Shown: positions 12,137 through 27,015 of the stretch, piece by piece
Layout: each line of letters opens with the position of its first letter
Numbering within the stretch: the stretch's first letter is position 1
Origin: Octopus sinensis
Lineage: Eukaryota
NCBI RefSeq assembly: GCF_006345805.1
Contig: NW_021831864.1
Location: 52-64,051, forward strand
Length of the DNA stretch: 64,000 bases
Direction: 5' to 3'
The notes under the pieces: generated by a model
The model's database searches: none
What the model was told of the DNA's origin: nothing
The model's input: only the letters and a program-made list of their open reading frames with translations
Translations under genes and position numbers: made by a program

Positions 12137-13440
12137 TTTTTTTTCTTCTTTCAAATTTGCTTCCATTTCTTGCCGAGTGTCTTCCCGACTCCTAGGGCAA
12201 AGAAACTCATAGTGTATATTGGTAGGCCATTAAACCAAACTCAGTAGTTCGTTCATTTAAAAAATTTTTTTCTTTTTAAGTTAAATTAAAATACATGAGC
12301 AGCAACGGTTCTCACATCGACAATACTCTTCTCAATACGTGTGATGTACCAGTTAAGACAATCTTTTGCACTTCTTGCAGGGATGGTAAGCCAGGGATCA
12401 TTCTCATATAATTTTCGGTTCCCTTCTTGATCATTCCTAGTGCTCCTACGATCACTGGTATTGTAACCGCCTTGAGATGCCACATTTTCTCAATTTCAAT
12501 GAGTAGGTCTTTATACTTTCTGAGCTTGTCAAACTCTTTCGCTGAGATATTATGATCACAGGGGATGCTCATGTCGATCAATAAGCAAACTTTATTGTTT
12601 TGGTCTTTCACAACAATATCTGGTTTATTGGCCTTGATGGTTCGGTCTGTATGTACTGGAAAGTCCCACAGAATGGTTACATTTTCTCCTTCAGTAACAG
12701 CCTCAGGGTGGTGATTATACCACTTGTCGGCAGTTTTGATATTGTAATGCCGACTTATTAGCCAGTGTAGATATTGGCCAACTCTGTCATGTCTTAATTT
12801 ATACTCCACTGGTGCTAAGACTTTACATCCAGAGATTAGGTGGTCCACTGTTTCAATCATGTCGTTGCAGAATCGGCATTTTGGGTCTGCTCCATTTTTC
12901 ATCACATTGGCCTGGTAGTTCCGGGTTAATAGGCTTTGATCTTGAGCAGCCAGGATGAAACCTTCGCTCTCTGCTTTTAGCCCTGAGCTCCGTAGCCACT
13001 GATGGGCTTGCTTCTGGTCAACATCAGCTTGTTTGCTGCGGGCCACATATTTGCCGTGCAGAGGTTTCTCCTCCCACCTATCAGCCAATTGCACGTGCGC
13101 TTTTTTCGTTGCCATTATTTTTACCTTCTTTGCAACAATAGTTGCCGTACTTCCTCGGGTTGTTCAGTTGGGTATCCTGCACGAGATCAATAGCAAATTT
13201 TTTGCTTTCCTTTATTATAGAATGAAGCTTCTTTCGTCTCTCGTGATTTTCCACGAGCTTTAGCATCCAGTCATTCGTTATTTCGAGATATTTGGCCAGT
13301 CCAATTGTGGTTGTTTTGTAAACTAGTTCAAATTGGATCAGGCCTCGACCTCCTTGGGCTCTGGGAAGGTAAAGGCGATCTATGTCTGCCTTTGGGTGGT
13401 GCATCCTATTACAACTCAGCAGCTTGCGTATTTTCCTATC
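12137..13440 (-). mobile_element. R4/Dong-clade non-LTR retrotransposon, 5'-truncated copy 1 (RT thumb end, CCHC knuckle, RLE), one frameshift
   Basis: DRKIRKLLSCNRMHHPKADIDRLYLPRAQGGRGL (13440-13340); WEEKPLHGKY; CRFC..ETVDHLISGC; RHDRV; KPDIVVKD..LIDMSIP..KLRKYKDL. Stop at 12312, ~175-nt 3'UTR, then A-run and (TAA)n. Frame change near 13150-13170. Confidence 0.92.
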
Positions 13441-13468
13441 TTATTATTATTATTATTATTATTATTAC

Positions 13469-14487
13469 TTTTTTTTTTCTTCTTTCAAATTTTCTTCCAT
13501 TTCTTGCCGAGTGTCTTCCCGACTCCTAGGGCAAAGAAACTCATAGTGTATATTGGTAGGCCATTAAACCAAACTCAGTAGTTCGTTCATTTAAAAAAAT
13601 TTTTTTTTTTTTAAGTTAAATTAAAATACATGAGCAGCAACAGTTCTCACATCGACAATGCTCTTCTCAATACGTGTGATGTACCAGTTAAGACAATCTT
13701 TTGCACTTCTTGCAGGGATGGTAAGCCAGGGATCATTCTCATATAATTTTCGGTTCCCTTCTTGATCATTCCTAGTGCTCCTACGATCATTGGTATTGTA
13801 ACCACCTTGAGATGCCACATTTTCTCAATTTCAATAAGTAGGTCTTTATATTTTCTGAGCTTGTCAAACTCTTTCGCTGAGATATTATGATCACAGGGGA
13901 TGCTCATGTCGATCAATAAGCAAACTTTATTGTTTTGGTCTTTCACAACAATATCTGGTTTATTGGCCTTGATGGTTCGGTCTGTATGTACTGGAAAGTC
14001 CCACAGAATGGTTACATTTTCTCCTTCAGTAACAGCCTCAGGGTGGTGATTATACCACTTGTCGGCAGTTTTGATATTGTAATGCCGACTTATTAGCCAG
14101 TGTAGATATTGGCCAACTCTGTCATGTCTTAATTTATACTCCACTGGTGCTAAGACTTTACATCCAGAGATTAGGTGGTCCACTGTTTCAATCATGTCGT
14201 TGCAGAATCGGCATTTTGGGTCTGCTCCATTTTTCATCACATTGGCTTGGTAGTTCCGGGTTAATAGGCTTTGGTCTTGAGCAGCCAGGATGAAACCTTC
14301 GCTCTCTGCTTTTAGCCCTGAGCTCCGCAGCCACTGATGGGCTTGCTTCTGGTCAACATCAGCTTGTTTGCTGCGGGTCACATATTTGCCGTGCAGAGGT
14401 TTCTCCTCCCACCTATCAGCCAATTGCTCGTGCGCTTTTTTCATTGCCATCATTTTCACCTTCTTTGCAACAATAGTTGCCGTACTT
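13469..14487 (-). mobile_element. R4/Dong-clade non-LTR retrotransposon, 5'-truncated copy 2
   Basis: ORF 13647-14459 is nearly identical to copy 1, with the same 3'UTR. Truncated at ..AAGTACG (14487) and flanked by (TAA)n on both sides. Confidence 0.92.
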
Positions 14488-14800
14488 TGTTATTATTATT
14501 ATTGTTATTATTATTATTATTATAATTATTGTTATTATAATTATTGTTTTTATTATCATTGTTATTAATATCATTGTTATTATTATCATTGTTATTATTA
14601 TCATTAATATTATCATCATTGTTATTATTATCATTGTTTTATTATCATTGTTATTATTATCATTGTTATTGTTATCATTGTTATTATTATCATTGTTATT
14701 ATTATCATTGTTATTATTATCGTTGTTGTTATTATTATTGTTATTATTATTATTATTTTTGTTATTATTATTATCAATATTATTATTATTATTGTTATTT

Positions 14801-14892
14801 CATAAACAACCTTGCCCGGACTTGTGTCTAGGAAGGCAACTTTCTAGGTGCAATCCCATGGTCATTCAAGACCGAAGAGGGTCTTTACCTCT
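14801..14892. repeat. ~90-bp GC-normal dispersed-repeat fragment embedded in (ATT)n
   Basis: cataaacaaccttgcccggacttgtgtctagg...ggtcattcaagaccgaagagggtc; an island of complex sequence inside the microsatellite. Family not assigned. Confidence 0.5.
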
Positions 14893-15800
14893 TTATTATT
14901 ATTATTGTTATTATTACTGTTATTATTATTATTGTTATTATTATAATTGTTATTATTATTATTATTAATATTATTATTATTACTACTTCTACTACTACTA
15001 TTATTATTATTATTATTAATATTATTAATATTAATATTATTATTATTATTGTTATTACTATTATTGTTATTAATATTATTGTTATTATTATTATTGTTAT
15101 TATTATTATTGTTATCATTATTTTTGTTATTATTATTATTGTTAATATGATCATTGTTATTATTATTATTGTTATTATTATTATTATTATTATTACTACT
15201 ACTACTACTACTGCTATTATTACTATTATTATTATTCTTTTTATTCTTCTTCTTATTATTATTATTACTATTATTATTATTACTATTATCATTATTACTA
15301 TAATTATTATTATTATAATTCTTATTCTTAATCTTATTATCATTTTTATTATAATTATTATTGTACTTATTACTATTATTCTTCTTATTCTTATTCTTTT
15401 TATTCTTATTATTATTTTCATTATCATTATTATTAGTATTCTTAATATATTAGTATTATTATTCTTATTATTGTTATTATTATTCGTATTATAATTCTTC
15501 GTCTTCTTCTTATTATTATTATAATTATTATTCGTCTTATTATTATTACTTTCATTATTATTCTTATTGTTGTTATTATAATTATTATTCTTATTATTCT
15601 TCTTCGTCTTATTATTGTTATTATTATGATTCTTATTCCTCTTCTTCTTCTTCTTCTTCTTATTATTATTATTATTATTCTTAATCTTATCATTATTGTT
15701 ATTATTACTATTATTATTGTTATTATTACTATTATTCTTATTCTTCTAATTATTATTAATCTTATTATAATTATTATTGTTATTATTACTATTATTATTA

Positions 15801-15832
<32 letters not shown>

Positions 15833-17116
15833 GTTGTTATTATTATTATTATTATTATTCTTATTATTATTATTATTATTATTTTCATTATTATTATTCT
15901 TCTTATTATTTTTTTATTATTATTATGACTATTATTCTTCCTATAATTATTATTATTATTATTATTATATTATTCTTCTTATTTTTTTTATTATTATTAT
16001 TATTATTCTTATTATAAATCTTATTATTCTCATTATTATTATTATTATTATCATTATTATTATTATTATTATAAATCTTATTACTCTTATTTTTCTTATT
16101 CTAATTATTATTATTATTATTCATCTTCTTCTTCTTAGTATTATTATTTTTCCCATTATTACTATTATTATTAAAATTCTTCTCTCTTATTATATTATTA
16201 TTATTAATTTTCTTATAATTATTTTATTATTATTATTATTATTCTTATTCTTCTATTATTTTTTATTATTATTCTTATTATAATTATTATTATTATTATA
16301 TTTTCTTTTTATTCTTATTCTTATTATTATTATTATTATTTTTTCATATTATTATTATTACTATTATTATTATTATATAATATTATTCTTCTTTTTATTA
16401 TTTTATTATTATTTTATTATTATTATTATTATTATAAATCTTATTATTCTCATAATTTTTATTATTATTATTATTATATTTATCTTCTTTTCTTCTTTTT
16501 CTTAGTATTATTATTCTTTTTATTTTTATTCTTCCTATTATTATTATTATTCTTAAAATTCTTCTCCTTATTATTATTATATTTCTTCTTATTATTCTTA
16601 TAATTCTTCTTCTTCTTATTATTATTATTATTTTTCTTCGTCTTATTATTATTATCTTATACTTCTTCTTATCATTATTATTATTATTCTTCCTATTATT
16701 ATTATTAATCTTAACATTCTTCTCCTTATTATTATTATTATTATTATTATTATTCTTATTATCATTAATATTATTATTATTTTTATTTCTATTCTTATTA
16801 TTATATCTTATTCTTCTTCTTATTATTATCATTATTTTTTATTATAATTATTATTATTAAATTTTTCTTATTATTCATCTTCTTTCTTCTTCTTCTTCTC
16901 TTCGTATTATTATTATTATTATTATTATTATATTATTATTATGATTATTATTATTCTTAATCTTATTATTATTTTATCATTATTATTATTGTTTTATTAC
17001 TATTATTCATCTTATTATTATTATTATCATTTTTATTATTATGATTATTATTTTTATTTTTTATATTATTGTTATTATTCTTCTTATTCTTTTTATTCTT
17101 ATTAATATTATTTTTA

Positions 17117-17157
<41 letters not shown>

Positions 17158-17698
17158 CTTCTTTGTATTATTATTCTGATTATTATTATTATTCCTATTA
17201 TTATTATTATTCTTATAATTCTTCTCCTTATTATTATTCTTATTCTTATTATTCTTATTATTATTATTCTTCTTATTATTATTGTCATTATTATTAATCT
17301 TTTTCTTCTTATTATTATTATTATCTTCTTCTTCTTATTATTATTAATATTATTCTTATTATAATTATTCTTCTTCTTATTCTTGTTCTTGTTATTATTA
17401 TTCATCTTATTAATTATTATTATTATTATTCTTCTTATTATTGTTATTATAATTATTATTCTTATTATTCGTCTACTTATTATTATTATTCTTATTTTTC
17501 TTCTTCATCATCTTATTATTATTATTATTATTATTATTATTGTGATTCTTATGCCTCGTCTTCTTCTTCTTCTTCTTATTATTATTATTATTATTATTAT
17601 TATTCTTACTCTTATTATTATTATTATTTTTATTGTTATTATTACTATTATTCTCCTTATTATTTTTCTTCTTATTATTATTCTTTTTATTCTTCTTC

Positions 17699-17733
<35 letters not shown>

Positions 17734-19560
17734 ATTATTATTATTATTCGTCTTCGTCTTATTATTATTACTATTATTCTCCTTCTTCTTCTTATTATTA
17801 TTATTCTTATTCTTCTTTATCTTATTATAATTTTTATATTATTATTGTTATTATTACTATTCTTATTCTTCTTCTTATTATTATTATTATTATTCTTATT
17901 ATTCTTTTTATGCTTATTATTATCATTTTTCATCTTATTATTCTTATTATTATCCTTCTTATTTTTTTTTATTATTATTATTATTCCTATTATTATTATT
18001 ATTATTGTTATTATATTATTCTTATTATTATTATTATAATTATTATTCTTATTATATATCTTATTATTCTCATTATTATAATTCTTCTTCTGTTTATTAT
18101 TGTTATAATTATTATTATTAATATTATTACTCTTATTATTCTTATTCTTATTCTTCTTCTTATTATTATTATTATTCCTATTATTATTATTATTTTTCTT
18201 CTTCTTCTTCTTCTTCTTATTATTATTATTATTATTATTTTCATTATTAATATTATTATTACTATTTTTCTTCTTATTCTTCTTCTTATTAGTATTATAT
18301 TATCAATATTCTTATTCTTCTTCTTATTATTATTGTTATCATTATTATTCTTGTTCTTATTTGTCTTATTATTAAACTTAATATTATTTTTACTATTATT
18401 ATTTTTGTTATTATTACTTTTATTCTTCTTATTAGTATTCTTATTATTATTCTTATTCTTTTTATTCTTCTTATTAATATTTTTATTATTATTATTCTTA
18501 TCATTATTATTATTATTATTTTAATATTGTAAATATTATTATTATTCTTATTCTTCTTATTTTTTTATTCTTTTTATGATTTTTCTTATTCTTATTCTTC
18601 TTGTTATTATTATTATTAGTTTAATTATTATTATCAATATTGTCATTATTATTCTTCCTCTTCTTCTTCTTATTACTTTTTATTGTTATTATTATTATTA
18701 TTATTATTATTCTTAATATTCTTCTTCTTATTATTATTTTTCTTCTTCTTATTCTTCTCCTTCTTCTTCTTATTATTTTTATTATTATTATTATTATTCT
18801 TTCTATTCTTCTTATGATTTTTATTAATATTATTATTTTTATTATTATTCTTATTCTTATTATTATTATTATTATTTGTCTTATTATTATTATTATTATC
18901 ATTAATATTACTACCATTCTTATTCTTCTTATCATTATTATGATTATTATTATAATTATTATTCTTTTTATTCATCTTCCTCTTCTTCTTCTCATTATAT
19001 TTATTATTATTCTTCGTATTATGATTATTATTCCTATTATTTTTATTATTATTATTCTTATTCTTAATCTTATTATTAGTTTTATTATTTTTATTATTTT
19101 TATTCTTACTATTATTCTTATTATTATTCTTCTTATTCTTTTTCTTCTTCTTATAATTATTTTTATTATTGTTATTATTATTATTATTATTATATTCTTC
19201 TTCTTCTTAATATTATTCTACTTCTACTTCTTCTTCTTATTATTATTATTCTTCGTCTTATCATTATTATTATTATTATTCTTAATATTATTTGTATTAT
19301 TATTATTATTATTATCATTATTTTTCTAATTCTTCTTCTTATTATTATTTTTATTATTAATATTATTATTATTATTCTTACTATTCTTATTATACTTATT
19401 TTCTTCTTATTATTATTATTCTTAGTATTATTCCTATTCTTCTTCTTCTTATTATTATTTTTATTATTATTATTATTATTACTATTATTAGTATCATTAT
19501 TATTATTATTTTTATTATTGTTATTCTCTTTCTTCTTAATCTTATTATTATTTTTATTAC

Positions 19561-19598
<38 letters not shown>

Positions 19599-19843
19599 TC
19601 ATTCTTTTTATTCTTCTTCTTATTATCATTATTATTATTATTCTTATTATTATTCTTCTTCTGATTATTATTATTATTGTTATTATTATTATTATTATTA
19701 ATATTATCATTATTATTATTATTATTATTCTTATTCGACTTATTAATATTAAACTTAATATTATTATTTATCTTATTATTGTTATTATCACTATTATTCT
19801 CATTATTATTATTATTATTATTATTCTTTTTATTCTTCTTATT

Positions 19844-20020
19844 CATCATCATCATCATTTAACGTCCGCTTTCCATCCTAGCATGGGTTGGACGGTTCAA
19901 CTAGGGTCTGGGGAGCCTGAAGGCTGCACCACGCCAGTCATATCTGGCAGTGTTTCTACAGCTGGATACCCTTTCTAACGCTAACCACTCCGAGAGTGTA
20001 GTGAGTGCTTTTACGTGTCA
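19844..20020 (-). mobile_element. SINE-like element family B, 3' fragment with (GAT)n tail
   Basis: catcatcatcatttaacgtccgctttccatcctagcatgggttggacgg...ctacagctggataccc; homologous to 45498-45680 and to the reverse complement of 38940-39115. Confidence 0.85.
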
Positions 20021-20351
20021 ATTATTTTTATCATCATTATTCTTTTTATTGTTATATTATTATTTAAATATTATTAGTATTATTTTTATTCTTCTTCTTA
20101 TTATTATTTTTATTATTATTATTACTATTATTCTCATTCTTTCTATTCTTCTTATTATTATTTTATTATTATTCTTCTTCTTCTTCTTCTTCTTCTTATT
20201 ATTATTATTATTATAATTGGTATTCTTATTCTCCTTCTTCTTCGTATTCTTCTTCTTATTATTATTATTATTATTCGTCTTATGATTATTATTATCATTA
20301 TTATTATTACTATTCTTATTCTTCTTCTCATTATTATTATTATTATTCTTC

Positions 20352-20389
<38 letters not shown>

Positions 20390-21111
20390 CTTATTATTAT
20401 TTTTATTATTGTTATTATTACTATTATTTTTATTATTATTATTATTATTCTTTTTATTCTTCTTCTTATTATTTTTATTATTATTTTTCTTATTATTATT
20501 CTTATTCTACTTCTACTTCTTCTTCTGATTATTATTAGTCTTATTATTATTATTATTATTATTATTAGAATTATTCTTATTCTTAATCTTAATATTTTTT
20601 TTATTATTATTGTTATTGCTATTATTACTATTATTCTTATTTTTATTCTTATTATAATTATTATATTATTATTATTCTTTTCATTCTTCTTATTTTTATT
20701 ATTCTTATTCTTATCATTATTATTATTATTATTATTCTGAATATTATTAGTATTATTATCATTATTATTATTATTATTATGATTTTTCTTATTCTTCTTT
20801 TTATTATAAGTTTTATTATTAATATTATTATTATTATTATTCTTATTATTCTTATTATAATTATTTTTTCTTCTTATTATTATAATTATTCTTATTATTA
20901 TTCCTATTCTTCTTCTTCTTATTATTATTTTTGTTATTATTATAATTATTATTACTATTATTTTTATCATTATTATTATTACTATTCTTATTATTCTTCT
21001 TCTTATTATTATTTTATTATTGTTATTCTTTTTTTCTTAATCTTATTATTAATTTTATTATTACTATTATTATTATTATTATTCTCATTCTTTTTTTTCT
21101 TCTTCTTCTTC

Positions 21112-21145
<34 letters not shown>

Positions 21146-21270
21146 GTTATTAGTATTATTATTATTATAATTCTTATTCTTCTTCTTCTTATTATTATTA
21201 TTATTATTATTATTCATCTTCTTCTTCATCTACTTATTCTTCTTCTTCTTCGTATTATTATTATTATTCT

Positions 21271-21303
<33 letters not shown>

Positions 21304-21364
21304 TATTAATCTTATTATATTTATCATTATTACTATTGTTATTATTACTATTATTCATATAATA

Positions 21365-24300
21365 TTATTTTTGGATAAAATTCTCGAAAAATTTCGGTGT
21401 AAATTTTCCGTGCAAACTTTCGAAAAATTTTTGGGTAAAATTTTCGGCAAAAATTTTCGAAAATTTCGGTGAAAATTTTTGGCCAAAATTTTCGATAAAT
21501 TTTTGGGTAAAATTTTCGGCAAGAATATTCGAAAAATTTCGGTGCAATTTTGGGGTAAAATTTTCCGAAAAAATTTTGTAAAAATTTCGGTGAAAATTTT
21601 TGGGTAAAATTTCCGGCAAGAATTTTCGAAAAATTTCTGTGAAAATTTTTGAAAAATTTGTGGGTAAAACTTTCGGCAAGAATTTTCAAAAAATTTCGTT
21701 GAAAATCTTTGGGTAAACTTTTCGGCAAAAATTCTTTGGGAAATTTGAAAATTTTGGAAAAATTCTTGGTAAAATTTTCGAAAAATTTCGTTGGAAATTT
21801 TTGGGTAAAATTTTTCTCAAAAATTTGCACGGAAAATTTGGTTGAAAATTTTTGGGCAAAATTTTCGGCAAAGATTTTCGAAAAATTTCGGTGAAAATTC
21901 GTGGTAAAACTTTCGGCAAGAATTTTCGAAAAATTTCGGTGAAATTTTTGGGTAAAATTTTCGGCAACAATTTTCGAAAAAATTTTCGTGAAAATTTTTC
22001 AAAAATTTTTGGGTAAAATTTTCCGAAAAATTTCGGTGAAAATTTTTGGGTACAATTTTCAAAATATTTGTGGGTAAAATTTTACCCAAAAAGAGAATTT
22101 TCGAAAAATTTCCGTAAAAATTTTTCGGTAAAATTTTCGGCAACAATTTTCGAAAAATTTTTGGGTAAAATTTTCGGCAAAAATTTTCGAAAAATTTTTG
22201 GGTAAAATTTTCGGCAAAAATTTTCGAAATATTTCGGTGAAAATTTTTGGGTAAAATTTCGAAAACTTTGTGGGTAAAATTTTCGGCAGGAATTTTCGAA
22301 AAATTTAGGTGAAATTTTTTGGGCAAAATTTTCGATAGATTTTTGGGTAAAATTTTCGGCAAGAATTTTCGAAAAATTTCGGTGAAATTTTTTGGGTAAA
22401 ATTTTCGGAAATTTTTATTATTCTTCTTGTAATTATTTTTATTATTATCTTTCTTTTTATTCTTATTATTCTTATTATTATTATTTCATTATTATTATTA
22501 CTATTATTATTATATTATTCTTATTGTTCTGCTTTTTATTATTTTTTTATTATTATTATTATTATTAATTTATTATTATTATTATATTATGCTTATTATT
22601 ATTTATCTTCTTCTTCTTCTTAGTATTATTATTCTTATTATTATTATTTTCTTTGTCTTATTATTATTATCTTATTCTTTTTTTTTCTCTTATTATTATT
22701 TTTTCTTCTTCTTCTTATTATTATTATTTTTTTATTAATATTATTATTACAATTTTTCTTCTTATTATTTTCTTAATATTCTTATTAATATTCTTCTTCT
22801 TATTATTTTATTAATTATTCTTGTTCTTCTTATTCATCTAATTATTATATATTATTATTTTTATCATTATTATTATTCTTGTTCTTCTTCTTCTCATTCG
22901 TCTTATTATTATTATTATTTTTTTATTATTATTATTATTATTATTCTCTTTATTATTCTTATTCTTCTTATTATTATTATTCTTATTAATATTATTAGTA
23001 TATTATTATTATTATATTATTATAATCTTATTATTATCGGTGTTATTATTACTATTATTCCTTATTATTATTATTATTATTATTATTATTTTGGGTAAAA
23101 TATTCGGTAAGAATTTTCCAAAAATTTCGTTGAAAATTTTTGGGTAAAATTTTCGGCAAAAATTTTCGAAATATATCGGTGAAAATTTTTGGGTAAAATT
23201 TTCGAAAAATTCTTTGGGAAAATTTGAAAATTTTGAAAATTTTTGGGAAAATTTTCGTGGAAAATTTTTTCTTCGTCTTATCATTATTATCTTATTCTTA
23301 TTCTACTTCTTCTTATTATTATTTTATTATTCTTCTTCTTATTATTATTATTTTTATTATTAATATTATTATACAATTTTTCTTATTATTATTATTCTTA
23401 ATATTCTTATTAATATATTCTTCTTCTTATTTTTATTATTCTTATTCTTGTTCTTCTTATTCATCTTATTATTATTATCATTATTATTATTCTTGTTCTT
23501 TCTTCTTATTCATCCTATTATTATTATTATTATTATCATTATTCTCTTTATTATTCTTATTCTTCTTCTTATTATTATTCTTACTAATATTATTAGTATT
23601 ATTATTATTATTCTTCTTCTTATTATATTATTATTATTCTTAATCTTATTATTATTATTATTATTATTATCGGTGTTATTATTACTATTATTCCTTATTA
23701 TTATTATTACTATTTTGGGTAAAATTTTCGGCAAGAATTTTCGAAAAATTTCGTTGAAAATTTTTCGGTAAAATTTTCGGCAAAAATTTTCGGAATATAT
23801 CGGTGAAAATTTTTGGGTAAAATTTTTGAAAAATTTGTGGGTAAAACTTTCGGCAAGAATTTTTTTAAAATTTGTTCAAATTTTTGGGTAAACTTTTCGG
23901 CAAAAATTCTTTGGGAAAATTTGAAAATTTTGGAAAAATTCTTGGTAAAATTTTCGAAAAATTTCGTTGGAAATTTTTGGGTAAAATTTTTCTCAAAAAT
24001 TTGCACGGAAAATTTGGTTGAAAATTTTTGGGCAAAATTTTCGGCAAAGATTTTCGAAAAATTTCGGTGAAAATTTGTGGGTAAAACTTTCGGCAAGAAT
24101 TTTCGAAAAATTTCGGTGAAAATTTTTGGGTAAAATTTTCGGCAACAATTTTCGAAAAAATTTTCGTTAAAATTTTTCAAAAATTTTTGGGTAAAATTTT
24201 CCGAAAAATTTCGGTGGTGAAATTTTTGGGTACAATTTTCAAAATATTTGTGGGTAAAATTTTACCCAAAAAGAGAATTTTCGAAAAATTTCCGTAAAAA

Positions 24301-26984
24301 TTTTTCGGTAAAATTTTCGGCAACAATTTTCGAAAAATTTTTGGGTAAAATTTTCGGCAAAAATTTTCGAAAAATTTTTGGGTAAAATTTTCGGCAAAAA
24401 TTTTCGAAATATTTCGGGTTGAAAATTTTTGGGTAAAATTTTCGAAAACTTTGTGGGTAAAATTTTCGGCAGGAATTTTCGAAAAATTTAGGTGAAATTT
24501 TTTGGGCAAAATTTTCGATAGATTTTTGGGTAAAATTTTCGGCAAGAATTTTCGAAAAATTTCGGTGAAATTTTTTGGGTAAAATTTTCGGAAATTTTTA
24601 TTATTCTTCTTGTAATTATTTTTTATTATTATCTTTCTTTTTATTCTTATTATTCTTATATTATTATTTCATTATTATTACTATTATTATTATTATATTA
24701 TTCTTATTGTTCTACTTTTTATTATTTTTATTATTATTATATTATTATTAATATTATTATTATTATTATTATGCTTATTATTATTTATCTTCTTCTTCTT
24801 CTTAGTATTATTATTCTTATTATTATTATTTTTCTCTTGTCTTATTATTATTATTATTCTTTTTCTTCTTTATTATTATTATTTTTTATTCTTCTTCTTC
24901 TTCTTATTATTATTATTTTTATTATTAATATTATTATTACAATTTTTCTTCTTATTATTATTCTTAATTTCTTATTAATATTCTTCTTCTTCTTCTTATT
25001 ATTATTATTCTGTTCTTCTTATTCATCTAATTATTATTATTATTATTATTATTATCATTATTATTATTCTTGTTCTTCTCATTCGTCTTATTATTATTAT
25101 TATTATTTTTATTATTATTATTATTATTATTCTCTTTATTATTCTTATTCTTCTTATTATTATTATTCTTATTAATATTATTAGTATTATTATTATTATT
25201 ATTATTATTAATCTTATTATTATCGGTGTTATTATTACTATTATTCCTTATTATTATTATTTTTATTATTATTTTGGGTAAAATATTCGGTAAGAATTTT
25301 CCAAAAATTTCGTTGAAAATTTTTGGGTAAAATTTTCGGCAAAAATTTTCGAAATATATCGGTGAAAATTTTTGGGTAAAATTTTCGAAAAATTCTTTGG
25401 GAAAATTTGAAAATTTTTGAAAATTTTTGGGAAAATTTTCGTGGAAAATTTTTTCTTCGTCTTATCATTATTATCTTATTCTTATTCTACTTCTTCTTAT
25501 TATTATTTTTATTATTCTTCTTCTTATTATTATTATTTTTATTATTAATATTATTATTACAATTTTTCTTATTATTATTATTCTTAATATTCTTATTATA
25601 TTCTTCTTATTATTATTATTATTCTTATTCTTGTTCTTCTCATTCGTCTTATTATTATTATTATCATTATTATTATTCTTGTTCTTCTTATTCATCCTAT
25701 TATTATTATTATTATTATTATCATTATTCTCTTTATTATTCTTATTCTTCTTATTATTATTATTCTTACTAATATTATTAGTATTATTATTATTATTCTT
25801 CTTCTTATTATTATTATTATTATTCTTAATCTTATTATTATTATTATTATTATTATCGGTGTTATTATTACTATTATTCCTTATTATTATTATTACTATT
25901 TTGGGTAAAATTTTCGGCAAGAATTTTCGAAAAATTTCGTTGAAAATTTTTCGGTAAAATTTTCGGCAAAAATTTTCGGAATATATCGGTGAAAATTTTT
26001 GGGTAAAATTTTTGAAAAATTTGTGGGTAAAACTTTCGGCAAGAATTTTTTTAAAATTTCGTTCAAAATTTTTGGGTAAACTTTTCGGCAAAATTCTTTG
26101 GGAAAATTTGAAAATTTTGGAAAATTTTTGGTAAAATTTTCGAAAAATTTCGGTGGAAATTTTTGGGTATAATGTTTCCCAAAAATTTGCACGGAAAATT
26201 TGCTTGAAAATTTTTAGGCAAAATTTTCGGCAAAGATTGTCGCAAAATTTCGGTGAAAATTAGTGGGTAAAACTTTCGGCAATAATTTTCGAAAAATTTC
26301 GGTGAAAATTTTTGGGTAAAATTTTCGGCAAGAATTTTCGAAAAAATTTTGGTGAAAATTTTTCAAAACTTTTTGGGTAAAATTTTCGGCAAAAATTTCC
26401 GAAAAATTTCGGTGAAAATTTTTGGGTACAATTTTCGAAATATTTGTGGGTAAAATTTTCGGCAAGAATTTTCGAAAAATTACGGTAAAAATTTTTGGGT
26501 AAAATTTTCGGCTAGAATTTTCGAAAAATTTTTGGGTAAAATTTTCGGTAAAAATTATCGGAAAATTTTTGAGTAAAATTTTCGAAAAAGTTTGGTGAAA
26601 ATTTTCCAAAAATTTTTGGGTAAAATTTTCGGCGAGAATTTTCAAAAAATTTCGGTGAAAATTTTTGGGCAAAATTTTCGATAGATTTTTGGGTAAAATT
26701 TTCGGCAAGAATTTTCGAAAAATTTCGGTGAAATATTTGGGTAAAATTTTCGGAAATTTTTATTCTTCTTCTTATTATTATTTTTATTCTTCTTCTTATT
26801 ATTATTATTATTTTTATTATTATATTATTATTACAATTTTTCTTCTTATTATTATTCTTAATATTCTTATTAATATTCTTCTTCTTATTATTATTATTAT
26901 TATTATTTTTATTCTTCTTCTTCTTCTTATTATTATATTATTATTTTTATCATTATTATTATTCTTGTTCTTCTCATTCGTCTT

Positions 26985-27015
<31 letters not shown>

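Larger units (their letters stand above)
14488..21360 (+). repeat. Degenerate (ATT/CTT/GTT)n trinucleotide field
   Basis: About 7 kb of NTT triplets; the source of the poly-I/L/Y/N pseudo-ORFs. Confidence 0.97.
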
